From Promethearchaeota archaeon (lineage in GTDB: Archaea > Asgardarchaeota > Lokiarchaeia > Sigyniarchaeales > SOKP01), in assembly GCA_030603385.1 (NCBI GenBank), contig JAUVXW010000008.1:73248-137247 (forward strand): 64,000 nt of DNA. The letters run 5' to 3'. This document shows, one piece after another, positions 41,044 through 51,715 of the stretch. The notes beneath the pieces are model-generated. The model ran no database searches. It was not told the origin of the DNA and was given only the letters and a program-made list of their open reading frames with translations. Both the position numbers and the translations under genes were made by a program. Each line of letters opens with the position of its first letter. Within the stretch, counting starts at the first letter, position 1.

Positions 41044-41051
41044 TCGGAAAT

Positions 41052-43244
41052 TTATATAAAAACAACTTGTTCGACTAAATCTCTGATTTTTATTAACTTC
41101 CTATTTATTAAAATTCGAACTTTCTTTGATGTGATTTTTGGATTATTGATGAATAATTCTTGAACCATCACATGACACGTTTTACCTTTTTTAGCTAATT
41201 TTCTATGAATTGGATTATTTTCATCGTAAGTCGGAATAGGAAACATAAAAGGTCGCTTATGTATATGCCTTGAACTTTTTATAAGTCTTATATTTTTTGA
41301 TAAATTTGGAGCGTTCAAAATTGCTGATAAATAATAAGCTTCTTCTTGTATATCAGTAGAATAATAATAGTTTTCCGATCCAATAATTACTTTTTGTTCT
41401 TCGTTATTAATAACAGTAGCTTTTAGATGAGAGCCACTTGCGTTGTAAACAACAAGAAAAGATTTATTATTTATTTGCTTTTGTAATTTATTCCAATAAT
41501 TCAAATTATCATATAAAGTATCTATCTTGGTCGTTTCCTTTTTATTTTCTTGATAAAAACTATTTACTTCATTATAGAAACCTTGAGCCTTCGGATAATG
41601 TTGAAGAAAATCATGGTTAAACATTAGTTGTTCATTAATCGGTAAAAACACATCTTTCAATTCTTTTAAATGAAAAGGGATAAGCTGTAAGTTTAAAAAG
41701 GTTTTAAAGTGAAATTTTTGCTCAATTTCTTTATTTTGAAATTGAAATTCCCATCTTTCTTTTGCTCTTGATAAAATATCAGGATCAGAATCAATTATAA
41801 GATATTTCCCTTTTTTTTCTCTAATTTGGAAAAATACAAGAGCTCTAGGAACTAAGGTTGCTCCTTGTAGAAATTTTTTTTTATAGGGGCTATTTTCTAA
41901 ATTGTTTAAAATATTTAATTCGTGGATTGGTAAAATTAATTTAGCACCATTATCCTCAATTTTTAAACTTGAATAATATATTTCTTCTTGTAATTCAATT
42001 TTGTTATTAAAGATCTTTGCTTTTATCGGATACCGTTTACTAATTGATATATTGCTATTTTGACCAATATATTCCGCTTTAAGACAGACGTGATTGACAT
42101 TAAAAAAATAATTATTAGGGAAATCCCAAATTTCTAAATCTTTATTGAAAATTGAAAACGCCCTAAATTCGAAGCAATGGTCGCCGATCAAGGAACTTTT
42201 GGGCATGACAAAAAATATTTTACCCTTCTTTTTCAGAAATTTTACAGGGATAGCATAAAAAAAAATCGCTGCTAATTCTATATGAGTAATATATTGACTT
42301 GAAGGTTTAATATCTAATTTATCAGATAATTCTCGAATTTTTATCTGGTAGTCTTTATCAAACAAATCCTTATATGTTAACCATGGAGGATTTCCTATCA
42401 CTAAATCAAATGAATTAAATATGTCATTTATATTTAGATTTAAAATTTTTTTACAATAATCTGGAAATAAAGAATCACAGAGAAAAATATTTATATTTGG
42501 GAATTGTTCTTCCTCAATTTTGAAATGTTCTAAAAGTATTAAAAAGATGTTGACTTTTGCTGTAATAATCGCTAAAGGGTTTACGTCAAATCCAAAGACA
42601 TTATTTATTGCTTTAAGCTTATTGGAAGGAGAATTCTGAGAATCAAGAATCTCTATTATTATACTAATTAAGAAATTTCCTGAACCGCATGATGGATCTA
42701 AAATTTTTGACCCAAATTCATAGAAATCCTCCAACATCTTCTTTACAAGATGTAATGGAGTAAAAAATTCTCCTCTTTTATGTCTAATGTCAGAAATGAA
42801 AATTTGTTGATAGAGCTGACTGAATATATCCTGTTTTTCAAATATACCGCCTTTTATTTCATTATATATCTTCTTAAATAGTCCTTTTTTGATAGATGTC
42901 CAGAAAAAGTATTCAAATTCGAAGATTTTAAATTTTTTGATTCTCTTTTCAACGCTATCATTATATATCTCTTCAAAACTAAGATTTTTAATAAATCCTA
43001 TCTTAACCAAGACTAAAATCTTTAATATTTGGGCAAAATAAGTATGTTTTTGAAAAAGCTCTGAAGAAATATCCTTACCATAAATATTATTGAATGTTTT
43101 TACCCATTTTTTATAATTAATTTCATAATTCTTCTCGGAGATAGAACTATGTTTGAGGAATTTCATAAATTCATTATATATCTCTGAATTTACACCAAAA
43201 ATCTTTGTAATAACTTCGGAATTTATTAATTTTTTAATTCCCAT
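41052..43244 (-). CDS. N6-adenine DNA methyltransferase (gamma class, Eco57I/Type IIG-like) with target-recognition domain
   Basis: GEFFTP, ILDPSCGSGNF, VIGNPPW; YYLSAILN TRD-like tail. Confidence 0.85.
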   Translation of the reverse strand: MGIKKLINSEVITKIFGVNSEIYNEFMKFLKHSSISEKNYEINYKKWVKTFNNIYGKDISSELFQKHTYFAQILKILVLVKIGFIKNLSFEEIYNDSVEKRIKKFKIFEFEYFFWTSIKKGLFKKIYNEIKGGIFEKQDIFSQLYQQIFISDIRHKRGEFFTPLHLVKKMLEDFYEFGSKILDPSCGSGNFLISIIIEILDSQNSPSNKLKAINNVFGFDVNPLAIITAKVNIFLILLEHFKIEEEQFPNINIFLCDSLFPDYCKKILNLNINDIFNSFDLVIGNPPWLTYKDLFDKDYQIKIRELSDKLDIKPSSQYITHIELAAIFFYAIPVKFLKKKGKIFFVMPKSSLIGDHCFEFRAFSIFNKDLEIWDFPNNYFFNVNHVCLKAEYIGQNSNISISKRYPIKAKIFNNKIELQEEIYYSSLKIEDNGAKLILPIHELNILNNLENSPYKKKFLQGATLVPRALVFFQIREKKGKYLIIDSDPDILSRAKERWEFQFQNKEIEQKFHFKTFLNLQLIPFHLKELKDVFLPINEQLMFNHDFLQHYPKAQGFYNEVNSFYQENKKETTKIDTLYDNLNYWNKLQKQINNKSFLVVYNASGSHLKATVINNEEQKVIIGSENYYYSTDIQEEAYYLSAILNAPNLSKNIRLIKSSRHIHKRPFMFPIPTYDENNPIHRKLAKKGKTCHVMVQELFINNPKITSKKVRILINRKLIKIRDLVEQVVFI

Positions 43245-43302
43245 TTTGAAAAGTAAAGAACTATAATGTAAAAAAGAATTGAAAATAAAAAAAAAGGTTA
43301 TC

Positions 43303-43848
43303 TTACTTTCTCATAAATGTTGGAAGCATGAAAGAAAAAATCTTTGCAATTTTCCTTAATTTTGCTTTCTCTTGTATTGATGTGATAATTAATACCGAAT
43401 TTGATAGTTCTTCTCTATCCAAAGAACCCCCTGAATAAATTGCTTGGTTAGTATTGAATACCAACAAAAATCTCACATTGGGATTATTAATTATACTTAT
43501 CCCTTCAGTAACCTTCAAATCATCATAGATAGGTCGAAGATTTTTTGGTAAATCTCCTCTATCATTTGTGATTAAAAGTACAGGAATCCCTTTTTGAGTA
43601 ACTTTTTTTAATTCCTTTGAGTAGAACTCATCAACTTTCGGTGTAACAATATTTAGTTGTTCTTTAGTTGACGCAATTAAATTTAACAGTTGATCATTAA
43701 GCACATTTCTTTTCTCTTGCCCACCAGAAGATTCTATGTTAAACATTCCAACTAATGTCATAATTTTATTTTCTAATGAAGCTATTTCCTGCTTCAAACG
43801 TTTATTTTCTACACGTAACTCGAGTAACCGGTCGGAAATTTTATACAC
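43303..43848 (-). CDS. Coiled-coil plus PLD-like/TrmB effector-type domain protein
   Basis: LNLIASTKEQLNIVTP...KGIPVLLIT; no HKD motif. Confidence 0.6.
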   Translation of the reverse strand: MYKISDRLLELRVENKRLKQEIASLENKIMTLVGMFNIESSGGQEKRNVLNDQLLNLIASTKEQLNIVTPKVDEFYSKELKKVTQKGIPVLLITNDRGDLPKNLRPIYDDLKVTEGISIINNPNVRFLLVFNTNQAIYSGGSLDREELSNSVLIITSIQEKAKLRKIAKIFSFMLPTFMRK

Positions 43849-44041
43849 TCACCATTTTTGTCAATTTTTTCAACTCAAAACATGCTTCCATTCATTAAAT
43901 AAGTTTTAATTAATTTCTTTTTAAATAATGAATTTTACAAGTTTGATATTTTAAATTTAATTTAATTCTTGTATTAATTAATTAAAATTTTCTTTATAAA
44001 TATTTTTTATCCCATATTTTTTTATATAAAAAGTTTTAAAT

Positions 44042-46633
44042 TCACGGTATTAACCTTTTCCAAGGTTGTCCGAAGAGTATAAAACTTGATACTGCTAGGC
44101 TGCTTCTTAAATCAATTCTTGCAGCACCGTCTTTTTTTAGTGAATCTTTAAATTGTTGTTCCACAATTTCTTCCATCTGCTTTGCTATACATTGTTGACG
44201 AGCCTTAAGAAGTGATACTCCTTGGCTATTATTATTGAATAAATTAATGAAAAAGATTGAGGTAATATCTTTCGTTTCTTCGTTGAAAAGTGGGTAAGTT
44301 CTCGAAATAATCCCAGTAAATTTAGTTTGATCGAATTGAGCAACAACCTCTCCAAACGTTTTAAGAACATTCTTTAGTTTTTGACCTTCGATATCAAAAA
44401 TCTGAGTGTTGAAAAATAATAGAGGTTGTAAATTTGAGTTATCTTGACTTAAAGCATTATTTATTTTTTTGAATGTGATGATTTCATTATCATTAGCTAG
44501 TAAGTAGCTATCATTTGGGCTCCATTTAGAATAAAATATATTTCCTACAAATATAATAATATGATAAAAATCTTTTGAGAAGTGGTCTAAGAACTTTTCT
44601 CGTGTCGAATTTGGGCCAATAAGCGTAGTAATTTGATTGATATTTTCCACATTATTAAAAAAATTGATAATATAGTTTACTTCATTCGCACCAGCTATAA
44701 ATGGGTATATTAATTCTTTTCTTTTCAATTCCTCATTCCATTTTAAAGGACTTGTAGAATTTATCGCATCAATTATTAAAACATTAAATTTTCTATTAGC
44801 TTGCTCAGATGCAGGTTCATTTAAAGATCTTTGTTCAAAAGAAAACCCTCCAAGCGGTATTTCACCAATTTTATATCCAATCGAATATTTTAGCAAGAAA
44901 AAATTATTATCATATATCAAATCAAAAGGAATAGTCATGTTATCCATGACAAAATAAATTTGAGGTATAGCCTTCAAGCTTTCAATTTTGAAAGATTTAA
45001 AAAAATCTCTAATTAATTTTGGTAAAAAAATATATAACATTTCCCCAAATTCGTTAAGGTTGAACATAAACTTTCTCTTTTCAGTCTCATAGAAAAGTTC
45101 ATTATATATATCTAAAATTTGAGTATCATTCCAGTATTCATTAGTTATGTTACCCTCTAAAATTTGATGATCCGTTGAAAACATACGATACGAAATCATC
45201 CCCTTAGAATTTATTCTTAGGACCATGTTTTTTATGGAAAAACTTTCAAAATCTAATCTGAGAGAATTATCCCCATCTTTAAATGAATAAATCTGATTGT
45301 TTAAAGGTTCTACCTCATTATATAGCGACACAACATCTTTTATTAATTTATTAAAATCTTTTTCAAGATAAAGTATTATTTTTTGAGCTATTTTAAAATT
45401 CTTTTCTTCAAAAAGGGCACGATAGAACATCATCCTCCAAAAATCTCTTTGTTCTAAAGAAAAGAACATAGATTTGAATTGCCAAAGCAAGTTACATGTA
45501 TAGAAGTAATGAAAAATTTGAGCACTCGTTTGAGGCATTTTTAAATGGGTGTCTAACTTTTCTAAAGACTGTAATAAATACCTTTTCTCTTTCATTTCAA
45601 CAAACTTTTTGCAAGCTTCAACCCATAGTTCAATTAAAATGTTATCGTAGGATAGATCTGTTTTATACAAAAATAAATCTTCTAAGAAATCATAAATCTC
45701 AAATGCTATTTCAAAGCGATTTCTATTAATTGAAAAATCAATGAATTTTCGAATATAAGTAACTGCATCCCCATATGATTGATATTCTTGCATTTTTGAG
45801 AAAATATTTCTAATGATAATTATAATCCAAGAATGTTCTCCTATATCATTCAAATAATTTATAAGTTCTTCAAGATCCACTAAAATAGTATTAAAACTTC
45901 TTTCATTGATCGATATTCTACTGATACTATTAAATTCGTTTTTTAAATACTGTGGAAGGCGATTGATTAAAATTTTATTAATTATTCTCACAAATTCTGA
46001 GGAATCTTCCATAAGGTTATATTTAATACAGACATCTTCTAAAGTCATATAAATAAATAATGTTCTTTTACTTGGTTCCAATTTTAACACAGTTTTACCC
46101 AATTTTTCCATACTTAAATGAAAAAATTCTGAAGGTGCTACGGATTTCCTCAAAAACATTAATAAAATTTGTAATTCTATTAATTTCTGATATTCATCTT
46201 TTTCATGTAATTTTACAGAAAAAGAATTGATGAATTTAGTGATTCCTTTCTGAGATAAATCCTCCATTTTTATAAACTGCTTAAGAAGATTTATCCCAAA
46301 ATTATTGAATAAATAAAAATCATCCAAATTAGCTAAGAATGAAAAAAATCTTTTATATGCATCGATATATCGGATTAAATCAATTTTAACTTTTCCTTCT
46401 TCCCGTCTTACGAGTGAATTTAAATATATCCACCAAGAATTCGAGATTATCATTAATAATTGATGCTTCTTCTGGATATCTAACCATTCATTTTTTTCTA
46501 TATCCATTCTTAAATTATCAAGTAAATTTGAAGCCCATTTATGATTAGCACCAAATAATAATTTGCGTGCAATTATTATTTTTTTTTGAAAGTCTATTAA
46601 AAATTCCTGCTTTATATCTAAACTAACAGTCAT
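44042..46633 (-). CDS. Alpha-solenoid protein with a degenerate C-terminal CHAT (caspase-like) domain
   Basis: GEMLY..LP, IPFDLIYD, GANEV..I, SLLKARQ, FILFGQP; catalytic His and Cys positions read VGN and FNTQ. Confidence 0.7.
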   Translation of the reverse strand: MTVSLDIKQEFLIDFQKKIIIARKLLFGANHKWASNLLDNLRMDIEKNEWLDIQKKHQLLMIISNSWWIYLNSLVRREEGKVKIDLIRYIDAYKRFFSFLANLDDFYLFNNFGINLLKQFIKMEDLSQKGITKFINSFSVKLHEKDEYQKLIELQILLMFLRKSVAPSEFFHLSMEKLGKTVLKLEPSKRTLFIYMTLEDVCIKYNLMEDSSEFVRIINKILINRLPQYLKNEFNSISRISINERSFNTILVDLEELINYLNDIGEHSWIIIIIRNIFSKMQEYQSYGDAVTYIRKFIDFSINRNRFEIAFEIYDFLEDLFLYKTDLSYDNILIELWVEACKKFVEMKEKRYLLQSLEKLDTHLKMPQTSAQIFHYFYTCNLLWQFKSMFFSLEQRDFWRMMFYRALFEEKNFKIAQKIILYLEKDFNKLIKDVVSLYNEVEPLNNQIYSFKDGDNSLRLDFESFSIKNMVLRINSKGMISYRMFSTDHQILEGNITNEYWNDTQILDIYNELFYETEKRKFMFNLNEFGEMLYIFLPKLIRDFFKSFKIESLKAIPQIYFVMDNMTIPFDLIYDNNFFLLKYSIGYKIGEIPLGGFSFEQRSLNEPASEQANRKFNVLIIDAINSTSPLKWNEELKRKELIYPFIAGANEVNYIINFFNNVENINQITTLIGPNSTREKFLDHFSKDFYHIIIFVGNIFYSKWSPNDSYLLANDNEIITFKKINNALSQDNSNLQPLLFFNTQIFDIEGQKLKNVLKTFGEVVAQFDQTKFTGIISRTYPLFNEETKDITSIFFINLFNNNSQGVSLLKARQQCIAKQMEEIVEQQFKDSLKKDGAARIDLRSSLAVSSFILFGQPWKRLIP

Positions 46634-46654
46634 AAAATTTTAATTTCCTTAATT

Positions 46655-47842
46655 TTAATTATTGTTTTGATTGGGGCTTTCCATTTCTTCTCCTTCGGAG
46701 ACTTTAGGGTTTTGTTCCCATCCTTTTTTCAATTTTCCCTGTGCCCATAAAACACTAGCTCCAACCCAACTAACATTCTCTCTTCCTGAGGCTGCTAATA
46801 CATTAATTTTTTCTTTTATTCTATCTGAGAAGAACTTTGAAATCTCAATTTTTAATCTCTTATCCAATCCAGGGATCAAACTTCCGCCACCTGCAAGAAT
46901 AATATTCGATAATAAATCCTCCCAATTCTCTCGATCCCATGTACGAACAACTTTAGCAATTGCCTCAGGTAATCCAATATAATCAATATGAATTATTGAT
47001 GGATTAAATAGAGGCTCTGAAATAAGAAACCTTTCTGAATTAATTTCTAAATTAGATCCATCAGGTAAATCAATGTTACTTTTATATTTTGTAAATCCAT
47101 CCTTTATTCGTCTGATCTCCTCTTCTGGATCTAAAATACATAATGATAATTTATCTTTTATCTCCTTAGTAATTATATGATCAAGATATATTGATTTTCC
47201 AGACCCAATTTGGGTTAAAAGTATGTTAAGAAGATAATTAGTTATATCTTTACCAGCAATTGGATATGTATCTCTTGCCATTACATTAGAGAAACCATGT
47301 AAGAATGTTGTAATATAGGTATTTTCCTCTCCCATACTTACGATTACTCCACTTGTCTTCCGGAATGTAGATATTATTCCTTGACTTTCAGATAAAAATA
47401 AAACACTTGGAAAATCAAACACATTAAAAAAAATATCTTTTAATTTGGTTTTCTCTAATTCAGGCATGAAGAAGGGCATAATTATGATAATTGGTTGTTT
47501 AAATTGATTTTCTTCCATTATTTCTAACTGTTTGTAATGATGATAAAAGAATTTCATTAAAATTGTAAAATTATTTTCTTTTTTAAACTCATGAACCGTC
47601 AGTATATTAGAATATTTTAGCGCTTCATGACCAAATAACTGATTGTCGACATTCTTTTCACTAATAAATATATCTTCAAGACCAGTAATTACATCTGAAG
47701 TAAATAAATAATCAGTATTATCTACATAGACACTGGGAGCAATAATATCTGGATAATCATTACCTGCCCATCCCAGTCGAAAAAAATTATTACCTATATC
47801 GAGAATTAATGGACGTAGTTGGGTTTTATTTTCAAATGACAT
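46655..47842 (-). CDS. Divergent actin-related protein (Asgard ARP)
   Basis: ILDIG...GWAG..YP, IAGKDITNYL, LPDG...ERF..EPLFNPS, NIILAGGG, SWVGAS. Confidence 0.9.
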   Translation of the reverse strand: MSFENKTQLRPLILDIGNNFFRLGWAGNDYPDIIAPSVYVDNTDYLFTSDVITGLEDIFISEKNVDNQLFGHEALKYSNILTVHEFKKENNFTILMKFFYHHYKQLEIMEENQFKQPIIIIMPFFMPELEKTKLKDIFFNVFDFPSVLFLSESQGIISTFRKTSGVIVSMGEENTYITTFLHGFSNVMARDTYPIAGKDITNYLLNILLTQIGSGKSIYLDHIITKEIKDKLSLCILDPEEEIRRIKDGFTKYKSNIDLPDGSNLEINSERFLISEPLFNPSIIHIDYIGLPEAIAKVVRTWDRENWEDLLSNIILAGGGSLIPGLDKRLKIEISKFFSDRIKEKINVLAASGRENVSWVGASVLWAQGKLKKGWEQNPKVSEGEEMESPNQNNN

Positions 47843-47894
47843 ATTCTTCTGATAATTTTTAATTTATTACATCATTCAGAAAAAAAGCGTATAT

Positions 47895-48755
47895 TTAGTA
47901 CCTTATTTCATGAATTAAATCGTCTGTGACTCTCTTTAATTGATATTCCTTAATTTGTAATTCTAATAATCCTAATACTCTTTTAAATTTGCCAGACATA
48001 GATTCTATGTCAACTTCTGCAACCTTTTCAACTTCATCGCGTTTGATTTTAAACAACTCTAACTCTGCCGCGATCTTTTTATATTGATTGTTTATTGACA
48101 CAACCAAATCATCTGTATTTTTCTTGGTTATTTTACGCATTTTTCTTAAAATTGCTAATATATTAGAAATAGAATTCTCCCATCTCTCGTATCTCTCATT
48201 ATAACTCTTTAATAAATCCTCAAAAAATATCGTTAATTTAGCATAAATATTATCTTTTTTAATCGATGGTTGTGTTTTTTTCTCTGGAGGTGTTGGGGCT
48301 AGTTCTTCTTTAACTTCTAAGGCTTCTTTTTCACCTGAAGTTGGCACTGTTGAAGCTTCTACTTGAATCTTCGGACGAGTTACAGTTTTAAGTTTTTCAT
48401 GACTTATTGATGGTTTTGCCCTTTCCTTAGACTCAGAGGCTAATAAAACTTTCTCTCGTTTTTGGGAAGGTTTTCTTTGGGTCAAAGGGACATCTTCCAA
48501 AGCGTACGCTGCAGCTATTTTACTTTTGCTTTCATGAGATAACTGAGGTGTAATTTTTTCATCTCCCTCTTTTTTAGGAAGCTCAAATCCCCTTCCTTCA
48601 GTAGCTTCCTCCATTAAGCTCTGTAATGTCGTTTTTGTAGTTTTTATTGAATGCAAAGCATCATCTAAGGAATAATCTTGAATATCCCCTATCTCTTCAA
48701 CTTCTTCAACTATTTTTTTTTTCTTCTCTTTCTTCTTCTTCTTCTTCTTCGCCAT
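47895..48755 (-). CDS. Poly-Lys / disordered / coiled-coil protein
   Basis: Probable ATG at 48755 (MAKKKKKKKEKKKK); charged linker; ~110-aa helical C-terminus. Confidence 0.65.
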   Translation of the reverse strand: MAKKKKKKKEKKKKIVEEVEEIGDIQDYSLDDALHSIKTTKTTLQSLMEEATEGRGFELPKKEGDEKITPQLSHESKSKIAAAYALEDVPLTQRKPSQKREKVLLASESKERAKPSISHEKLKTVTRPKIQVEASTVPTSGEKEALEVKEELAPTPPEKKTQPSIKKDNIYAKLTIFFEDLLKSYNERYERWENSISNILAILRKMRKITKKNTDDLVVSINNQYKKIAAELELFKIKRDEVEKVAEVDIESMSGKFKRVLGLLELQIKEYQLKRVTDDLIHEIRY

Positions 48756-48796
48756 AGAATATACCCATATACTTAATAAAATTCTCATTTATGAAT

Positions 48797-49204
48797 TTAT
48801 TCAAAAGGTAGGATATCAACATTAATTGCTTTTCCGTTTTTTATCAAGGTTTCTCTTAATTCTTCCATATTAACATTTTTTGGAGATGGACTAAGTACAG
48901 TCCAAATTGCTGTTTTCGATTTTTCTAAAATGATACTCTCTCCCCACATCAAAGAAATCCCAAAATCTCCGAATATTGTTGCAATTTTTGCTAAAGAACC
49001 AGGTTCATCGTTCATTGTAATTCTAAACTTGATAGGTTTATCCTCCCTTGAAATTCCTACTGGTGTTATCCGTATTTCCTTTGTTTCTGAGTCGCTTACA
49101 AGCATTAACTGTGAATCTGTTGTAATGCCAAGATTTTTCCTAGTTACTAATGGTAGTACTATCCTCCCTCGATTATCTATAGATATAATTTTAACATCCT
49201 TCAT
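48797..49204 (-). CDS. AbrB/SpoVT DNA-binding plus ACT domain regulator
   Basis: IDNRGRIVLP..RKNLGI; MNDEPGSLAKIA..FG..GI. Confidence 0.85.
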   Translation of the reverse strand: MKDVKIISIDNRGRIVLPLVTRKNLGITTDSQLMLVSDSETKEIRITPVGISREDKPIKFRITMNDEPGSLAKIATIFGDFGISLMWGESIILEKSKTAIWTVLSPSPKNVNMEELRETLIKNGKAINVDILPFE

Positions 49205-49356
49205 ATTTCTTAATATATTACTATTTCTTTTAATAATTACAATATGGAAATAATTTTCTTATAAATATTAACGAAATTATTATTAATAATTTTAATGAAA
49301 ACTTTACATAGAAGAAGTTTAAAATTGAAATAATATAAAGAATTAGTATGTAAAAC

Positions 49357-51555
49357 CTATTCTTTATGGGCTTTTAATTTTACTGTAAGATCCCGCGCTC
49401 GTTTAGAATACCAAATTAATAATTCTCCCGCATCTTCTGGCTCGAAATATTCTCCACCGCACAATGATGCTGCGCGTGTCATTAATTCTCGATCTGGGTT
49501 ACCTAAGCCGAGTATATAAATTACTACATTTGGATTTTCACTAAACAATTTAACGGATTGAAGGAATGGTTCTTTCTGCGTGGGTTGGCCGTCTGTAAGG
49601 AGTACGATCATTGTAGGCTGGTCTGGGTTCATTTTTTCAAATTCTCCAAGCACTTGGTGCGCAGCATTCATCGCTAAATGCATGTTGGTAGCTTGACCAT
49701 AACTGTTGCCAATTCTATCCACGATCATTCTTGCGGCATCTTCGAGTACTCCCTTTTTACCACTTGCTGAATCCATGTAATAGCTGTTTCCAAAAGGAAG
49801 CGTCTGTGCCTCATCAGCAAACCTAATAACTGAAACTTTTTCTCCAAAACCTCTTCCTACCTTTTCGCTTAAGAACAAAACTGCAGCAAAAGCAGCCGAA
49901 ATTCTACGAGGTATGTAAATACCATCTTTGAAATTTTTTAAAAACTCTTGGATTTCTCGAGATTCCATAGCCGCTTTTATTCCTTCGATAGCAGGTGCTA
50001 TGTTAGTGACAAGCACATCTCTGGCCATCATGCTCCGACTAATATCGATTATTAGAATAGCGTTGAAAGGGATTAACCCTACTGGGCTCAAAGATAATGT
50101 AGTGTTTTCAGTAACACTTGCAAAAATATCTCCAGCAAGATCAGGAACTGTATCAAGAATTGAGCAAGCTATGTTTACAGCATTCCATCTTAGTTTAATG
50201 CCTTTAAATATAACATAATTTGATATCCAGCCCTTCATAGAGGATATGTTTTCTCGTGCCGTGCTTATAATGTCCCATAAACCCTCACCCGAAATAGCGG
50301 AAATTCCTAGTGATATACTTTGTAAAGGGATAATTGTTCTTTGATTTTTAGAAACTTTTACTTCAAAGCTTCCAATCCCAGAAGCTTCTAATATCTCGCT
50401 ATCAATGATAATTACATCATCGGGAGTTGATTCTAAAACATCTACTTTTCCAGCACCCATAGCCCCGGTAAGTTCATCCTCGAATGCCAGAATATCATTT
50501 TGCTGAATCGAGAGAGAATATTGAGTTCTTGGGCTCACTAAAGCATATCCCATTAAATTAGGTTGAGATTCAACTTGCAACATTAATTCAGATGCTCTCT
50601 CTATAGGAGGTTCTGTTGAATATATGACTATTTGGTCAAATTTAATATTGGTATCCTCATAAGTATCAAAACTCATCTTTAAATCAGTCATAGCTATATT
50701 TGCTTCATCAATCCGAGCCGATCCCATAGATCTTGTTAATGGATCTTCCCAAGCTATTAGCATTCCTTGCCCAAGACCTAATTGTTGAAGAACATTAGGG
50801 CTTAATTGAATTCTCCCTCCTTCTATATTATTATCTATTACAGGATTAAGAATTATACCATGTTTTTGACTCGCTAACATATTAATATCGATTTTATTCG
50901 GGTAAGGTTCAACTGGAGCTGCTGGCTGGGTTAATGGTTGTGTGGTAGGAGATGGAGGAAATCCTGGCGTCGTAGGTTGAGGTGGGGGTGAAGGTAATGG
51001 TGATAAGGAAGGCTGAGGTGCAGGAGTAGGTGGTGATGGAGTGAGTAGAGGTATTGGTGCAGGTTGTGAGGATGGCTGAAACATTGTAGGGGGTTGGGGG
51101 ACTGGTGTCGGTTGAATCTGTGGAGGTGGTGCAGGTTGTGGAGATGGCTGCGGAGTGGCTGTGGGTTGAGGAGGAGTTATTACAGGAGAGGGTGGAGGTG
51201 TAGGTAATGGGGACAATGTAGACGGTTCCGTTGGTGCTGGAGTGGGCTGTTGTGTAGGAACTTTAGGAACCTGTATTTTAGGTGTAAGGGAAGCAGCAGC
51301 ACTAGCAGGGCGAACGGTTAATTCTACTCCTGAAAATTGTAAATCTTCAAGAACGTTTTTTGCGAATTGTCCAGCGAAATCTAACATATCATTTGATATC
51401 TCTATGATAGCTACTTTTTTCAAGTTATTATCAGAATTTATAACCTCTACTGAATCTCCATTTTTTACACCTAATTTATCAGCATTAGATTGACAGATTA
51501 TTACTTTATCTGATATTTCATTATTACCATCTACAAAAAGTTTGAGTTCTGCCAT
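49357..51555 (-). CDS. CDC48-N-like barrels, Pro-rich linker and vWA (MIDAS) domain protein
   Basis: Three LG(V/L)xxG(D)-type barrel units; P/T/Q-rich aa 91-219; DISRSM, TNM and LLTDG. Confidence 0.75.
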   Translation of the reverse strand: MAELKLFVDGNNEISDKVIICQSNADKLGVKNGDSVEVINSDNNLKKVAIIEISNDMLDFAGQFAKNVLEDLQFSGVELTVRPASAAASLTPKIQVPKVPTQQPTPAPTEPSTLSPLPTPPPSPVITPPQPTATPQPSPQPAPPPQIQPTPVPQPPTMFQPSSQPAPIPLLTPSPPTPAPQPSLSPLPSPPPQPTTPGFPPSPTTQPLTQPAAPVEPYPNKIDINMLASQKHGIILNPVIDNNIEGGRIQLSPNVLQQLGLGQGMLIAWEDPLTRSMGSARIDEANIAMTDLKMSFDTYEDTNIKFDQIVIYSTEPPIERASELMLQVESQPNLMGYALVSPRTQYSLSIQQNDILAFEDELTGAMGAGKVDVLESTPDDVIIIDSEILEASGIGSFEVKVSKNQRTIIPLQSISLGISAISGEGLWDIISTARENISSMKGWISNYVIFKGIKLRWNAVNIACSILDTVPDLAGDIFASVTENTTLSLSPVGLIPFNAILIIDISRSMMARDVLVTNIAPAIEGIKAAMESREIQEFLKNFKDGIYIPRRISAAFAAVLFLSEKVGRGFGEKVSVIRFADEAQTLPFGNSYYMDSASGKKGVLEDAARMIVDRIGNSYGQATNMHLAMNAAHQVLGEFEKMNPDQPTMIVLLTDGQPTQKEPFLQSVKLFSENPNVVIYILGLGNPDRELMTRAASLCGGEYFEPEDAGELLIWYSKRARDLTVKLKAHKE

Positions 51556-51715
51556 ATTTACTCACTAATTTTACTCAATTTTTTAATATAATATAAGTGA
51601 TATAGATTAAAATGTCTATCAATTATTGTTTACTTTCTTTATTAATATTAAACTAATATCAGTATAAGATATTTATCAAGAATTGATAAAATCATACACA
51701 TAAATATATTTATTT

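Noticed and set aside
48713-48752. (TTC)n microsatellite and poly-T run
   Set aside because: Explained by the poly-Lys coding sequence on the minus strand.
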